A stretch of 64,000 bases of DNA. Origin: Pseudomonadales bacterium (GTDB taxonomy: Bacteria > Pseudomonadota > Gammaproteobacteria > Pseudomonadales > JAUIET01). A program made the translations under genes and the position numbers. Below the pieces are notes generated by a model. The model searched no databases and had not been told where the DNA came from. It was given only the letters and a program-made list of their open reading frames with translations. Location of the stretch: the NCBI GenBank assembly GCA_045105115.1, contig JBGCDE010000054.1:13313-77312 (forward strand), read 5' to 3'. Below are positions 30,982 to 39,839 of the stretch, in pieces. The first letter of the stretch is position 1. Every line of letters starts with the position of its first letter.

Positions 30982-32194
30982 TGAAGCCAAAGGGCGATTG
31001 CTGCTGTTACTTGATGGTCTGTATCCATGCTTTGTTGGTGGAGGTGGCGCTGAAAATCAGGTAAGAACGCTAGCTAAGGCTTTTACTGAACGAGGCGTTG
31101 AAGTAACCGTTGTTGTACCCATGCTTGATGTGGGCGTTCAAAAAAAATTCGATAGTCTTGATGGGATTGCGGTTTATCGGGTTCCATATCCAAAAATTCC
31201 AGTATTTGGCGGAATTATTCTGTACATAAGGTTGTTCCTTTACTTACTGAGTACAAAAGAGCAGTACGACGTTGTGCATGCCCACATTGCTAATCATATG
31301 GCAGCAACTGCATGTCTGGCATCACGTTTTACCAAACGCAAAACAATAGTCAAACTAACTGGTTGGCTGGAGATAGCCAATGGAATACTCAGTGATGCAC
31401 ATCAAAAATCTTTTGTTGTAAGGTGGATGAGTGCACAGTTCAAACGTGCGAGCGTGCTTCAGGCGATCAGCCAGGAGATAGTTGACCTACTTATCCGCTT
31501 TGAGTTTGATGCGGATAAAGTAAAGCTGATTCCTAATGCAGTCGACACCAATCGATTTACAGCAACTGACTTATCTCAGAAGAGAGAGCAGCGCTTACAG
31601 AAGAATATGAACTACCCGTTTATTGGTGTGTTTGTTGGTCGTCTCGTCGCTGAGAAATGCATAGATGATCTTATTCAAGCCTGGTCCCGGGCGTTCTCAG
31701 AACTGGATGCACATCTTGTGATCGTTGGTGGCGGACCATTAGAGCTTGAGCTGAAAGCCTTGGCTGCGCAACAAGTTGTCAGTGAAAAAATCCACTTTGT
31801 CGGAGGCAGTGAACGAGTCGAAGAATATTTGTCGCTCGCCAGTGTTGGCTTACTGCCTTCCCGTTTCGAAGGTCTGTCGAACACTCTGCTCGAATACATG
31901 GCATGCGGTTTGCCAGTAATCGGCTCTCGAGTCAGTGGTACGCAAGATTTAGTTGACGAGAAAAAGAATGGTTTGTTGATCGAGCCGGGTAACGTTGACG
32001 AGCTGACTGCGGCCCTCGAATGGATGCACTCGCGTTCGGAGCAAGAAAGTTCACAACTGAGCGTTAACGCGCGAAACAAAGTTGTGGAATATGCGGGTAT
32101 CGATAGTGTTGTGGACCAATTGTTACAGGTCTATTCCTTCGCAACTGAGAACACCTTAAATCCTGGCGTGAATGATGCGGTGTCCAGATCATGA
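30968..32194 (+). CDS. Glycosyltransferase, GT4-like
   Basis: 408 aa. Motif LPSRFEGLSNTLLEYMACGLPVIGSRVSGTQDLV. Confidence 0.85.
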   Translation: MLMPSEAKGRLLLLLDGLYPCFVGGGGAENQVRTLAKAFTERGVEVTVVVPMLDVGVQKKFDSLDGIAVYRVPYPKIPVFGGIILYIRLFLYLLSTKEQYDVVHAHIANHMAATACLASRFTKRKTIVKLTGWLEIANGILSDAHQKSFVVRWMSAQFKRASVLQAISQEIVDLLIRFEFDADKVKLIPNAVDTNRFTATDLSQKREQRLQKNMNYPFIGVFVGRLVAEKCIDDLIQAWSRAFSELDAHLVIVGGGPLELELKALAAQQVVSEKIHFVGGSERVEEYLSLASVGLLPSRFEGLSNTLLEYMACGLPVIGSRVSGTQDLVDEKKNGLLIEPGNVDELTAALEWMHSRSEQESSQLSVNARNKVVEYAGIDSVVDQLLQVYSFATENTLNPGVNDAVSRS

Positions 32195-33279
32195 GTTTTC
32201 TTCGGTTCAAGGCAAATGACGCGGCAAAGCGACTAGGTCGCGGATTCGTAAGTTCGATGTCTGAGTTGAGCGGTTACTCGGATCGTGCGTTCGACAAACT
32301 CGCAAGTGTGCCGAGCTGGACGATTCTTGGTTACCATCGAATTATTGAGGACCCAACAGCTGACCCGTTCGATTTCGGAATGTGCACGTCGGTTGAAAAC
32401 TTTGAAAGCCAACTCGAATTTCTGAAATCAAAATTTAGAGTAGAGACAGTTCAGTCAGCGTTGAATATGATTCAATCAGGCACAAAGCCTGAGAAGCCAA
32501 TTCTTTCTATCACGTTCGACGACGGGTATCTGGACAACCACACCCTGGTACTGCCCATGCTTGAGAAGGCTGGTGTGCAGGCTTCTTTCTACGTTTGTAC
32601 ATCGGATCTTAAAGCGAGAGGCCCATTCTGGTGGGACAGAGTCATATTCGCGCTCGCACATACGCAGGAGCGTGAGTTATCGCTCGAGCATTTTGACCTT
32701 GACACGGCAATATCCAGCGTGAGTCTGGCGCCCTACAGGCGTCGGCACTCGCTTTCAATTATTTTGCAGGCGCTTTGGTCCGTTGATTACCCACGGTGCC
32801 TGGATATTGTTGAGCAACTGGAGAAAGTTTTGCAGGCCAAGGCAGATCATCATTGGGCACCTAGAATGAACGCCGCCGCCATCCGTGATCTGTTAGACGC
32901 CGAGATGGAAATTGGTTGTCACAATTCGGTGCACCATGATATGACATTGATGGATGTGACAGACGTTGAGGGTCAACTGAAAGTTTCAGGTGATGAGATC
33001 AGTGCAATTACCGGACGCTGGCCAGAAGGGTTTGCTTACCCGGCTGGAGCACAATCCGAAGAGACAAGACAATGTGTACTAAAAGCAAAATATACCTACG
33101 CTCTAGGTACTGATCGAGGTTTGAATCCTCTTGAATATGAGCGGTTTAATTTGAGAAGAATGTCGGTAGGAAATAATTCGATCAGCGATTTTAAGCGTTG
33201 TCTTGCGAGCTTGGCAAATAGTTATCTCCGAGAATCCGGACAGCAAAGCCCTGACACTCACCTGTTGGGGTATAAGTAA
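32191..33279 (+). CDS. Polysaccharide deacetylase (NodB-domain) protein
   Basis: 362 aa. Motif SITFDDGYLDNHT. His-rich motif CHNSVHHD. Confidence 0.85.
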   Translation: MSFLRFKANDAAKRLGRGFVSSMSELSGYSDRAFDKLASVPSWTILGYHRIIEDPTADPFDFGMCTSVENFESQLEFLKSKFRVETVQSALNMIQSGTKPEKPILSITFDDGYLDNHTLVLPMLEKAGVQASFYVCTSDLKARGPFWWDRVIFALAHTQERELSLEHFDLDTAISSVSLAPYRRRHSLSIILQALWSVDYPRCLDIVEQLEKVLQAKADHHWAPRMNAAAIRDLLDAEMEIGCHNSVHHDMTLMDVTDVEGQLKVSGDEISAITGRWPEGFAYPAGAQSEETRQCVLKAKYTYALGTDRGLNPLEYERFNLRRMSVGNNSISDFKRCLASLANSYLRESGQQSPDTHLLGYK

Positions 33280-33326
33280 GTGTTCATCTTCTCTGTTGTG
33301 GTTGTATTAATAAGCAGGTACCTGTT

Positions 33327-34661
33327 GTGTTTCTGAGACTCATACTTTTCCTACTAATATTTTATGTTCCAGAGCAGGACCACTTACCTCAGAGTTTGGG
33401 CATACCTGGTCTAAACGTATTCAACGTTCTGTTTTTCATTGCATTGTATGCCGCATTGCAAACACCTAAGCTGAGCATGGCTACTGCCCCTCTGAAGGGG
33501 AAGTTGAGTTTTTACTTTGGAATGATGGGTTTTGCTCTACTTTTAGGCTTAATCAGAACACCGCATTGGGTTCAAGATATCATCTTGTTTAAGACACTGC
33601 TGTTTTATGCAATGCTCTATTTCCTATTTTTTCGTGCCGTGCAAGACGTCAGAACGCTCCGCTATATGGTTGTTGCGGTGGCGTTTACCTATGGAATAAT
33701 GGCGTTAGAAGTTATTAAGGAAGCGTTTTACTTCGGTTTCTCTCCGAAGATGCGCTTAACCGGTGCGTTCGGGTTAGAGAAAGGTAACCCCAATTATGCC
33801 GGTGCCTACTTTGCCGTACTAATACCTGTACTCGCTGCGTTCATGATGTTTTACAAGGATAATGCCAGAGTAAAAATGGTTGCGACCATCTTGTATTTCA
33901 TGGGCATGATGGCCGCCTTCTATACGTATTCGCGACAGTCATATATAGCAATCCTCGTAACAACCTCCTTATTGGCCTTACGTAAAGGGGTAGGCACCAT
34001 CCTCGTTATCGGGTTTGTGGTGCTAAATTACGCCGCATGGGCACCAGAGTCTGTTGTTGACAGGGTTGAAGGGACATCAGAATACAATGAAGAAACCGGT
34101 GAGGAAGAGCTGGAGGCCAGCGCTGACTCACGGTTCGTGATCTGGGGTGCTGCATGGGAAGTGATTCTTAGAAACCCGCTTGGTATCGGCTATAACCAGT
34201 TCAAACAAGAAATAGACCCGTATATGCCTGATTGGGTAGACGCGCGTGATGCGCACAGCTCCTACTTTCTCATATGGGCTGAAGCAGGTTGGATTGGTCT
34301 ATTTGCATTTCTTGGGCTGTTGTATGGCTTCTGTGCACTTGGTTTACGGCTGTACAGCGTTGCTAAAGAAACTGATAATCATGAAGCGACTGTTCTTGGT
34401 TTGGGTTTCGCCATCAGTGGACTCGCCGTAGCAATGTCTAACGTCACAAGCAGCACGTTTCAATCTGGGGAGGTGATGGCAAACTACTGGATTATGGCTG
34501 CCCTTGTGTCCCGCTATGCGGTACTCATCGAAGAAGGTTATCGCTTTGGTGATGAAGAGCGAGAAAGAGGCGAAGAGCAAGATGAACTGAATCGTTCCAA
34601 AATGCATGGTATGCGCCCGGGCAAGGAATTGCCGGAGCCATCGCATCGATTCAGAAAATAG
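33327..34661 (+). CDS. O-antigen-ligase/Wzy-like polymerase
   Basis: 444 aa (GTG start), about 10 TM segments. Wzy_C-type loop motifs YTYSRQSY and DAHSSYFLIWAEAGWIG. Charged C-terminal tail. Confidence 0.8.
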   Translation: MFLRLILFLLIFYVPEQDHLPQSLGIPGLNVFNVLFFIALYAALQTPKLSMATAPLKGKLSFYFGMMGFALLLGLIRTPHWVQDIILFKTLLFYAMLYFLFFRAVQDVRTLRYMVVAVAFTYGIMALEVIKEAFYFGFSPKMRLTGAFGLEKGNPNYAGAYFAVLIPVLAAFMMFYKDNARVKMVATILYFMGMMAAFYTYSRQSYIAILVTTSLLALRKGVGTILVIGFVVLNYAAWAPESVVDRVEGTSEYNEETGEEELEASADSRFVIWGAAWEVILRNPLGIGYNQFKQEIDPYMPDWVDARDAHSSYFLIWAEAGWIGLFAFLGLLYGFCALGLRLYSVAKETDNHEATVLGLGFAISGLAVAMSNVTSSTFQSGEVMANYWIMAALVSRYAVLIEEGYRFGDEERERGEEQDELNRSKMHGMRPGKELPEPSHRFRK

Positions 34662-34682
34662 CCTGGTCATGGTGACATCGAA

Positions 34683-36173
34683 ATGATGCGAAACCTGCTG
34701 GCGGCAGCGTCAAAATATTCCATGTCGAACATATTGATAGCGGTGTCAGGGTTGATTTCTTTTCCAATTCTCACCCGCACCCTCAGTGTTGAGAACTATG
34801 GCTTGATTAGCCTAATCAATGCGTTCATCTTGTTTGGGGTTGCGTTTGCAAAAGGTGGAATGCAGCATTCGATTACTCGCTTTTATAGCGACGCAAAGTC
34901 TGAAGGGCAGCTACAGCAGTACACGTCGACATCGTTAACTGGCCTTGGCAGTTCCAGCTTGATAGTTGCCACAATGATTGCAATTGTATTTTCTTTAGTG
35001 AGCACCTATCACGCGTCATTTCTGGCGGAGTACTCTTTATCAATGCCACTTGTTGTAGCGGTAATCGCGATTATCGTTTTTCAGGCAGCTCGTTCCAGTA
35101 TGCTTAACTTTTTCCTGGTGATGGAACTCAGCACTTTATTTGCCTCCATTCAAGTGTACGGAAAATACATTGTAATTGCGGCGACAGTGGTAGCCATATT
35201 GCTGATTGAAGCCAGTGTTCGCGCGTTCTTCTTCGCGCTGTTATTAGGCGAATTTATCGCGCTTCTTATGACGGTGTTTGAATTTAACAGACGCAAAACC
35301 GTAACAATAAAGTGGGCGGCCATCGACACGCGTATGCTAAAGGGCATGATGTTGTATAGCTTACCGATGCTGGGCTATGAAGTTGCGACTATCGTACATT
35401 CCATTGCAGATCGTATAGTGCTTGATGCTCTTATGGGTAAAGAAGCCGTGGGCCACTATTCTGCAGCCTACAATATTGCCGAGTTATTCAATGTGATGAT
35501 TGCCATCTCTCTGGCCACAGCGATACAACCTATGTACTACAAAATGTGGTCTGAAGAAGGCAAGGAGCAAACAGTTGCCTTCCTTCAAAAAGTGCTGCAT
35601 TTTTATATGGCCCTGTTTCCTGCCGTGGTCTGGGGCGTTATTGTAATCGGTGAAGACTTGTTGATCTTTCTGGCATCGGAGAAGTACGCCCCAGGTGCGG
35701 TTATATTTCCTTTTGTAATTACTGGTCTTCTGATGAATGCAACCGCGTTTATTTATGCAGCGGGCCTATATCTGCATAAATTAACCATGCGCTTGTTCGT
35801 ACCAGTATTGTTGTGCAGCGCGCTGAATATTGTTCTGAATTTTGTGCTTATACCAGAGTTTGGTTTGCGAGGTGCTGGCATGTCAACGCTGCTGAGCATG
35901 ATGGTGCTTAGTGTCACTATGTTTTTCAGAGGAAGAGCTGTGCTCACGCTAGACGTGTCCTTGCTCATGTTTGCTAAGTACATAGCGATCTCAAGCGTGA
36001 TGGGAGTGGCAATGATGAATGTTGATTTTGGTGCACCATTGCCCAATATTGCCGTAAAGGTCACACTTGGCATCGCGATTTACTCCATATTGTTACTGAT
36101 GGTTGATCGCACTTCGCGAGATTTGGCCGCCAGGTTAATGACTAGTATCCGGACCAAGACCAGCAATGGCTAA
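34683..36173 (+). CDS. Wzx-type polysaccharide flippase (MOP superfamily)
   Basis: 496 aa. Polytopic throughout, roughly 12-14 TM segments. Position and length are typical of Wzx. Confidence 0.8.
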   Translation: MMRNLLAAASKYSMSNILIAVSGLISFPILTRTLSVENYGLISLINAFILFGVAFAKGGMQHSITRFYSDAKSEGQLQQYTSTSLTGLGSSSLIVATMIAIVFSLVSTYHASFLAEYSLSMPLVVAVIAIIVFQAARSSMLNFFLVMELSTLFASIQVYGKYIVIAATVVAILLIEASVRAFFFALLLGEFIALLMTVFEFNRRKTVTIKWAAIDTRMLKGMMLYSLPMLGYEVATIVHSIADRIVLDALMGKEAVGHYSAAYNIAELFNVMIAISLATAIQPMYYKMWSEEGKEQTVAFLQKVLHFYMALFPAVVWGVIVIGEDLLIFLASEKYAPGAVIFPFVITGLLMNATAFIYAAGLYLHKLTMRLFVPVLLCSALNIVLNFVLIPEFGLRGAGMSTLLSMMVLSVTMFFRGRAVLTLDVSLLMFAKYIAISSVMGVAMMNVDFGAPLPNIAVKVTLGIAIYSILLLMVDRTSRDLAARLMTSIRTKTSNG

Positions 36174-37398
36174 ACCGCGTATTGCATTGGTATTACCCTA
36201 TTTTCCGCCCAGATACTACGGCGGTGCTGTTCAAGTTTATAGAGCTTTGTTTTCGAATCTTTCTGACTTTGAAGTTCATGTTATTGCGCCCTCAAATGGA
36301 GCCTTGCAAGAAGACATCGTTGCTAATGACGACAAGATGTCACCCGAATGCGAGCTTCATATTCACCGTCTTCCGCATTTGGTTTTTGAGGCTAACACCG
36401 ATTCCAAACTGGTGAGTTGGAGTAAATCCTTGGCTTACTTTTTGTTTGCGGGAAGAAGACTGAACGCCTTGCTAAAAAAGTTATCCCCAGACATTGTCAT
36501 CAATGGCGGAACTCGCTGGGTATGTTGGATGCTCAATGACAGGAACTTGCCTACTTGCTTAGTGAACTACGTGCATGGTGAGGAAATTACTATTCCGCCC
36601 CACGGTCGTTTCGTGGAAAGTTATGTGGTTCGGCAGCAAAAGAAAGGGCTACGTTTGGCGGATGCAAACATCGTAGTTTCAAGCTTTACGCGAGAATTGC
36701 TTCTTTCTGAAAACGTTGCTGCGAATAAAATCGAGCTGATCCCTAACTTTGTTGACACGGATCGATTCAGGCTACCCAAGAATCGACATCTTGTACGCGA
36801 ATCTCTGGGCTGGGGTGAGCATGAATTCGTTTTTTTGACTATTGCTCGACTGATCGCTCGTAAGGGAATTGATGATGCGATGCGTGCTTTGGCAAAGCTA
36901 AAAAGTGAAGGTCGACTAGGCGCGAAATGGCGTTACGTTGTAGGCGGGGAAGGCGACGAAAAAGAACCCTTACTCGAACTCGCGCGTGAGCTTGGGCTGC
37001 AAGACAACATGGAGTTCATTGGTTACGTTACAGATGAAGACTTGGTATCTCATTATCAGGCAGCCGATGTATTCTTGCACCCTAATAAGAATGTAGATGG
37101 TGATGTAGAAGGTTTCGGTCTGGTGTTCCTTGAAGCTAACGCATGTGGCGCAGCTGTTATCGGTGGGCGCAGTGGTGGGGCTGTCGATGCGATTGAAGAT
37201 GGCGTGTCCGGTTTTTTGGCCAACGCGTACGATCCGAACAGTGTGGCTGAGAAGATTGCCTGCTATCTGGATAATCCTGACTTAGCGAGACAGCATGGTC
37301 GTCAGGGTGAACAGCGCGTTCGTAAAGATTTTACAGTTCAGAAAAGACGAGCAGAGCTAACGGCTTATTTAAAGCAACTATTGCTTAAGTCGGCCTGA
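36166..37398 (+). CDS. Glycosyltransferase, GT4-like
   Basis: 410 aa. Motif EGFGLVFLEANACGAAVIGGRSGGAVDAIEDGVSG. Confidence 0.85.
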   Translation: MAKPRIALVLPYFPPRYYGGAVQVYRALFSNLSDFEVHVIAPSNGALQEDIVANDDKMSPECELHIHRLPHLVFEANTDSKLVSWSKSLAYFLFAGRRLNALLKKLSPDIVINGGTRWVCWMLNDRNLPTCLVNYVHGEEITIPPHGRFVESYVVRQQKKGLRLADANIVVSSFTRELLLSENVAANKIELIPNFVDTDRFRLPKNRHLVRESLGWGEHEFVFLTIARLIARKGIDDAMRALAKLKSEGRLGAKWRYVVGGEGDEKEPLLELARELGLQDNMEFIGYVTDEDLVSHYQAADVFLHPNKNVDGDVEGFGLVFLEANACGAAVIGGRSGGAVDAIEDGVSGFLANAYDPNSVAEKIACYLDNPDLARQHGRQGEQRVRKDFTVQKRRAELTAYLKQLLLKSA

Positions 37399-37415
37399 GC
37401 AACGGCATAGGAACA

Positions 37416-39830
37416 TCAGTTCTCCAACGTGCCAATAGCGTAGCTTGGGAAAGCTGTCAGACCGGACAATGCACGCGGTGTCTGTACTTCGTAGTTACTT
37501 TCATACTCTTTCAGTAACCAACGCATCACAGAATTGGTCTTATCTGAAATGTCCAGATCAGCATGTTGGGCTGCCCAGGCAAAACTATTGACCCAAAACC
37601 ACCCGTAGGTATTCAGATTGCGTAACTCTGGTTCGTCGCCTGAATGTTGCCCCTGTGCTTTGCGGTAAACTATCCACCATTTCCCGTCTTGCTGGTAAAC
37701 CTGTTCTTCAGCAACATGCTTAACCGCCAGTCTAATCGCGTTCAGGGTTTTTTTCTTTAGTCCTGGTTCTAGCATGCCGGATTCATACGCAATGATCAGA
37801 CCTTCAATAACCTGACCTCCCCAGACAGGCTGCTTACCACTCATTTTCCCATTCACCATGATCTGTTCTACGATTTTAGTCGTCAGCAAATTAAGAATGT
37901 CTTTGTATGAGCTGCCTGTCGGCATGTGAGCAAAGCCAGATTCCGGAGTAGAGTTGTACTTGGTACCTTCGCTGCCAAACAGCTTCTCTCCATAATACAG
38001 ATTTCGCAATGCCCAGCCGGAAATGCGCTCGTGCTCAACTGTCCACTCCGTTCGTGTGAGTGTGAAGTAAGCGGAATTATCAATAAGCATACGCGCGACT
38101 TCTTTCGGCCAGCTTTCGCCCGTTAGGTGGCTGAAAAGTAGCAGCGAACGCGAGTGATAGTTGAATTCAGGAATGGGTGCTTGACACCAGTGACTGCGAT
38201 CCAATGGACAAACGCCTTTTCGGTAACCCGCACCCGATTGTTTCTGCACATAGGGATGAAATTTTGCAACCTGAGTGTCTGCAATATTGCGAACAGCGGC
38301 ATGCGCGCGATTCCATACTCTGGGGTCTTTGGTATTGATCCAGCTTAGCAGAAGACCCATAGTGAGATCGTATTGCAATGCGCCCCAATCCTGAACAGGC
38401 CTGTTTTTTTCATCGTGATACGAACGGCCTATCTGATAATCCCCATTGTGCTTCCAACCCCAGTTACCGCTTTCTATGTCAGCTTTCGCCATAAGTGCCT
38501 GAGTATTCGACATCAATTTGCGATATGCGCTGTGCTCGGTAGGCAGCCCGTCCATTTCGTGCCACCAATCTGGGAGTTCTGCTTTGGGTGGCGTGCGCAA
38601 CTGCTCAGTGATGGCTGCGGCATTAGTATCAGATCGATCAAGGGAAATGGCGAAGTCGACAGTAAGACCAGCGCCTCCATATAAAAACGTGGGCTCGCGT
38701 ATTGCCGTCCAGGAAATTTCATTGTTATTGGCTTCAGCCAAAATCGGATAATTCTTCCAGAAATCCTTGATGGCCATCGAAAAGTGTTGGCTGTCTATCA
38801 CTGAGTCGGGCATACGTTTAGCGCTGATCAAAGTTTTATTGCCGTTAGTATCTACGGTTTTTAATGCCGAAAATATCGCCCTATCTCCAGGTTCCCTGCC
38901 TGTGCTGATTAGTTCTACGTAGTCATCCGGACCCATATCGAATGAGCCTGGAAATTTGGAGTCGGCATGTCGTTGGTCCACGAACTTGTTACTGACAATC
39001 TTTTTGCTGCCAATACTATTGCTCTTAACGACCTGAATTTTAACGTAATCATTCGATGGGTAAGGAAATGTCAGTGGGCGCTGCTGTAGAGATAAGCCCA
39101 GTGTTTTTTCTACCCGCGGGTAAATACGTACATGGCTTTTACCTTCATCAGCGCTGTGCGAGATCTGGAATAAACCATCAGGATAGAAGAGCTCGTTCCA
39201 ATGCGCCGAGTCAGTATTCGATTTGGCCTCTATAATGGGGAACTTACCGTTCCTGCCACCAGAGTATCTGTTCACTTGCTCAACACTAAACTTCTCATGA
39301 GTGCTCTGTGTGTGAATCACAAATTGCCAATCCTGGATTACACGCTTGTGCCAAAAGTCTTTGTCCCATGAGCTTTCTGTTGGGTGATCGTCGTGGCGAT
39401 CAGTGATCGTAAATGACATCATTATCACCGGTGAGCCCGGTCTGAATGTATACCGTATTAGATACCAAAGATTGTTTGGCTTTGAGTACCAACCGCTTAG
39501 CTCTACCGCATTGTTGCTTGAGTCGAGTCTGAAGTTTTCGGGTTTTCCAATGTTGATCTTTCTACCCTTGAATTGCACATCGGATGACATAGCGTTGATA
39601 ACAGGCGCGCCATCTTTATAAGCGCTTAAGCCAAAACCCGATTTGGAGATACAAATATCATGACCAGAAGTTTGAATCGAAAACATAGATTCGCTTTCGT
39701 TCATCTTGAATAGACTCTTAGAGGAGAGCTCGGGGCTGCATGGTACGCTGACGGAGGCGAGACTATACTGCCACTGGAATACCAGATAGCAACCGATTAG
39801 CAAGCATCCTACAGTGGCATTTCTCAGCAT
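37416..39830 (-). CDS. Large secreted protein of unknown function
   Basis: 804 aa. Hydrophobic signal-like N-terminus (VGCLLIGCYLVFQWQYSLA). No catalytic motif recognised by eye. The C-terminal half has a helix-repeat character with many aromatic residues. Confidence 0.6.
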   Translation of the reverse strand: MLRNATVGCLLIGCYLVFQWQYSLASVSVPCSPELSSKSLFKMNESESMFSIQTSGHDICISKSGFGLSAYKDGAPVINAMSSDVQFKGRKINIGKPENFRLDSSNNAVELSGWYSKPNNLWYLIRYTFRPGSPVIMMSFTITDRHDDHPTESSWDKDFWHKRVIQDWQFVIHTQSTHEKFSVEQVNRYSGGRNGKFPIIEAKSNTDSAHWNELFYPDGLFQISHSADEGKSHVRIYPRVEKTLGLSLQQRPLTFPYPSNDYVKIQVVKSNSIGSKKIVSNKFVDQRHADSKFPGSFDMGPDDYVELISTGREPGDRAIFSALKTVDTNGNKTLISAKRMPDSVIDSQHFSMAIKDFWKNYPILAEANNNEISWTAIREPTFLYGGAGLTVDFAISLDRSDTNAAAITEQLRTPPKAELPDWWHEMDGLPTEHSAYRKLMSNTQALMAKADIESGNWGWKHNGDYQIGRSYHDEKNRPVQDWGALQYDLTMGLLLSWINTKDPRVWNRAHAAVRNIADTQVAKFHPYVQKQSGAGYRKGVCPLDRSHWCQAPIPEFNYHSRSLLLFSHLTGESWPKEVARMLIDNSAYFTLTRTEWTVEHERISGWALRNLYYGEKLFGSEGTKYNSTPESGFAHMPTGSSYKDILNLLTTKIVEQIMVNGKMSGKQPVWGGQVIEGLIIAYESGMLEPGLKKKTLNAIRLAVKHVAEEQVYQQDGKWWIVYRKAQGQHSGDEPELRNLNTYGWFWVNSFAWAAQHADLDISDKTNSVMRWLLKEYESNYEVQTPRALSGLTAFPSYAIGTLEN

Positions 39831-39839
39831 ACGGATTTC

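Noticed and set aside
33327-34661. The polytopic 444-aa protein as the missing exosortase.
   Set aside because: It carries O-antigen-ligase/Wzy-type loop motifs (YTYSRQSY, DAHSSYFLIWAEAGWIG) and a Wzy-like topology. It lacks the features expected of an exosortase/EpsH protein.
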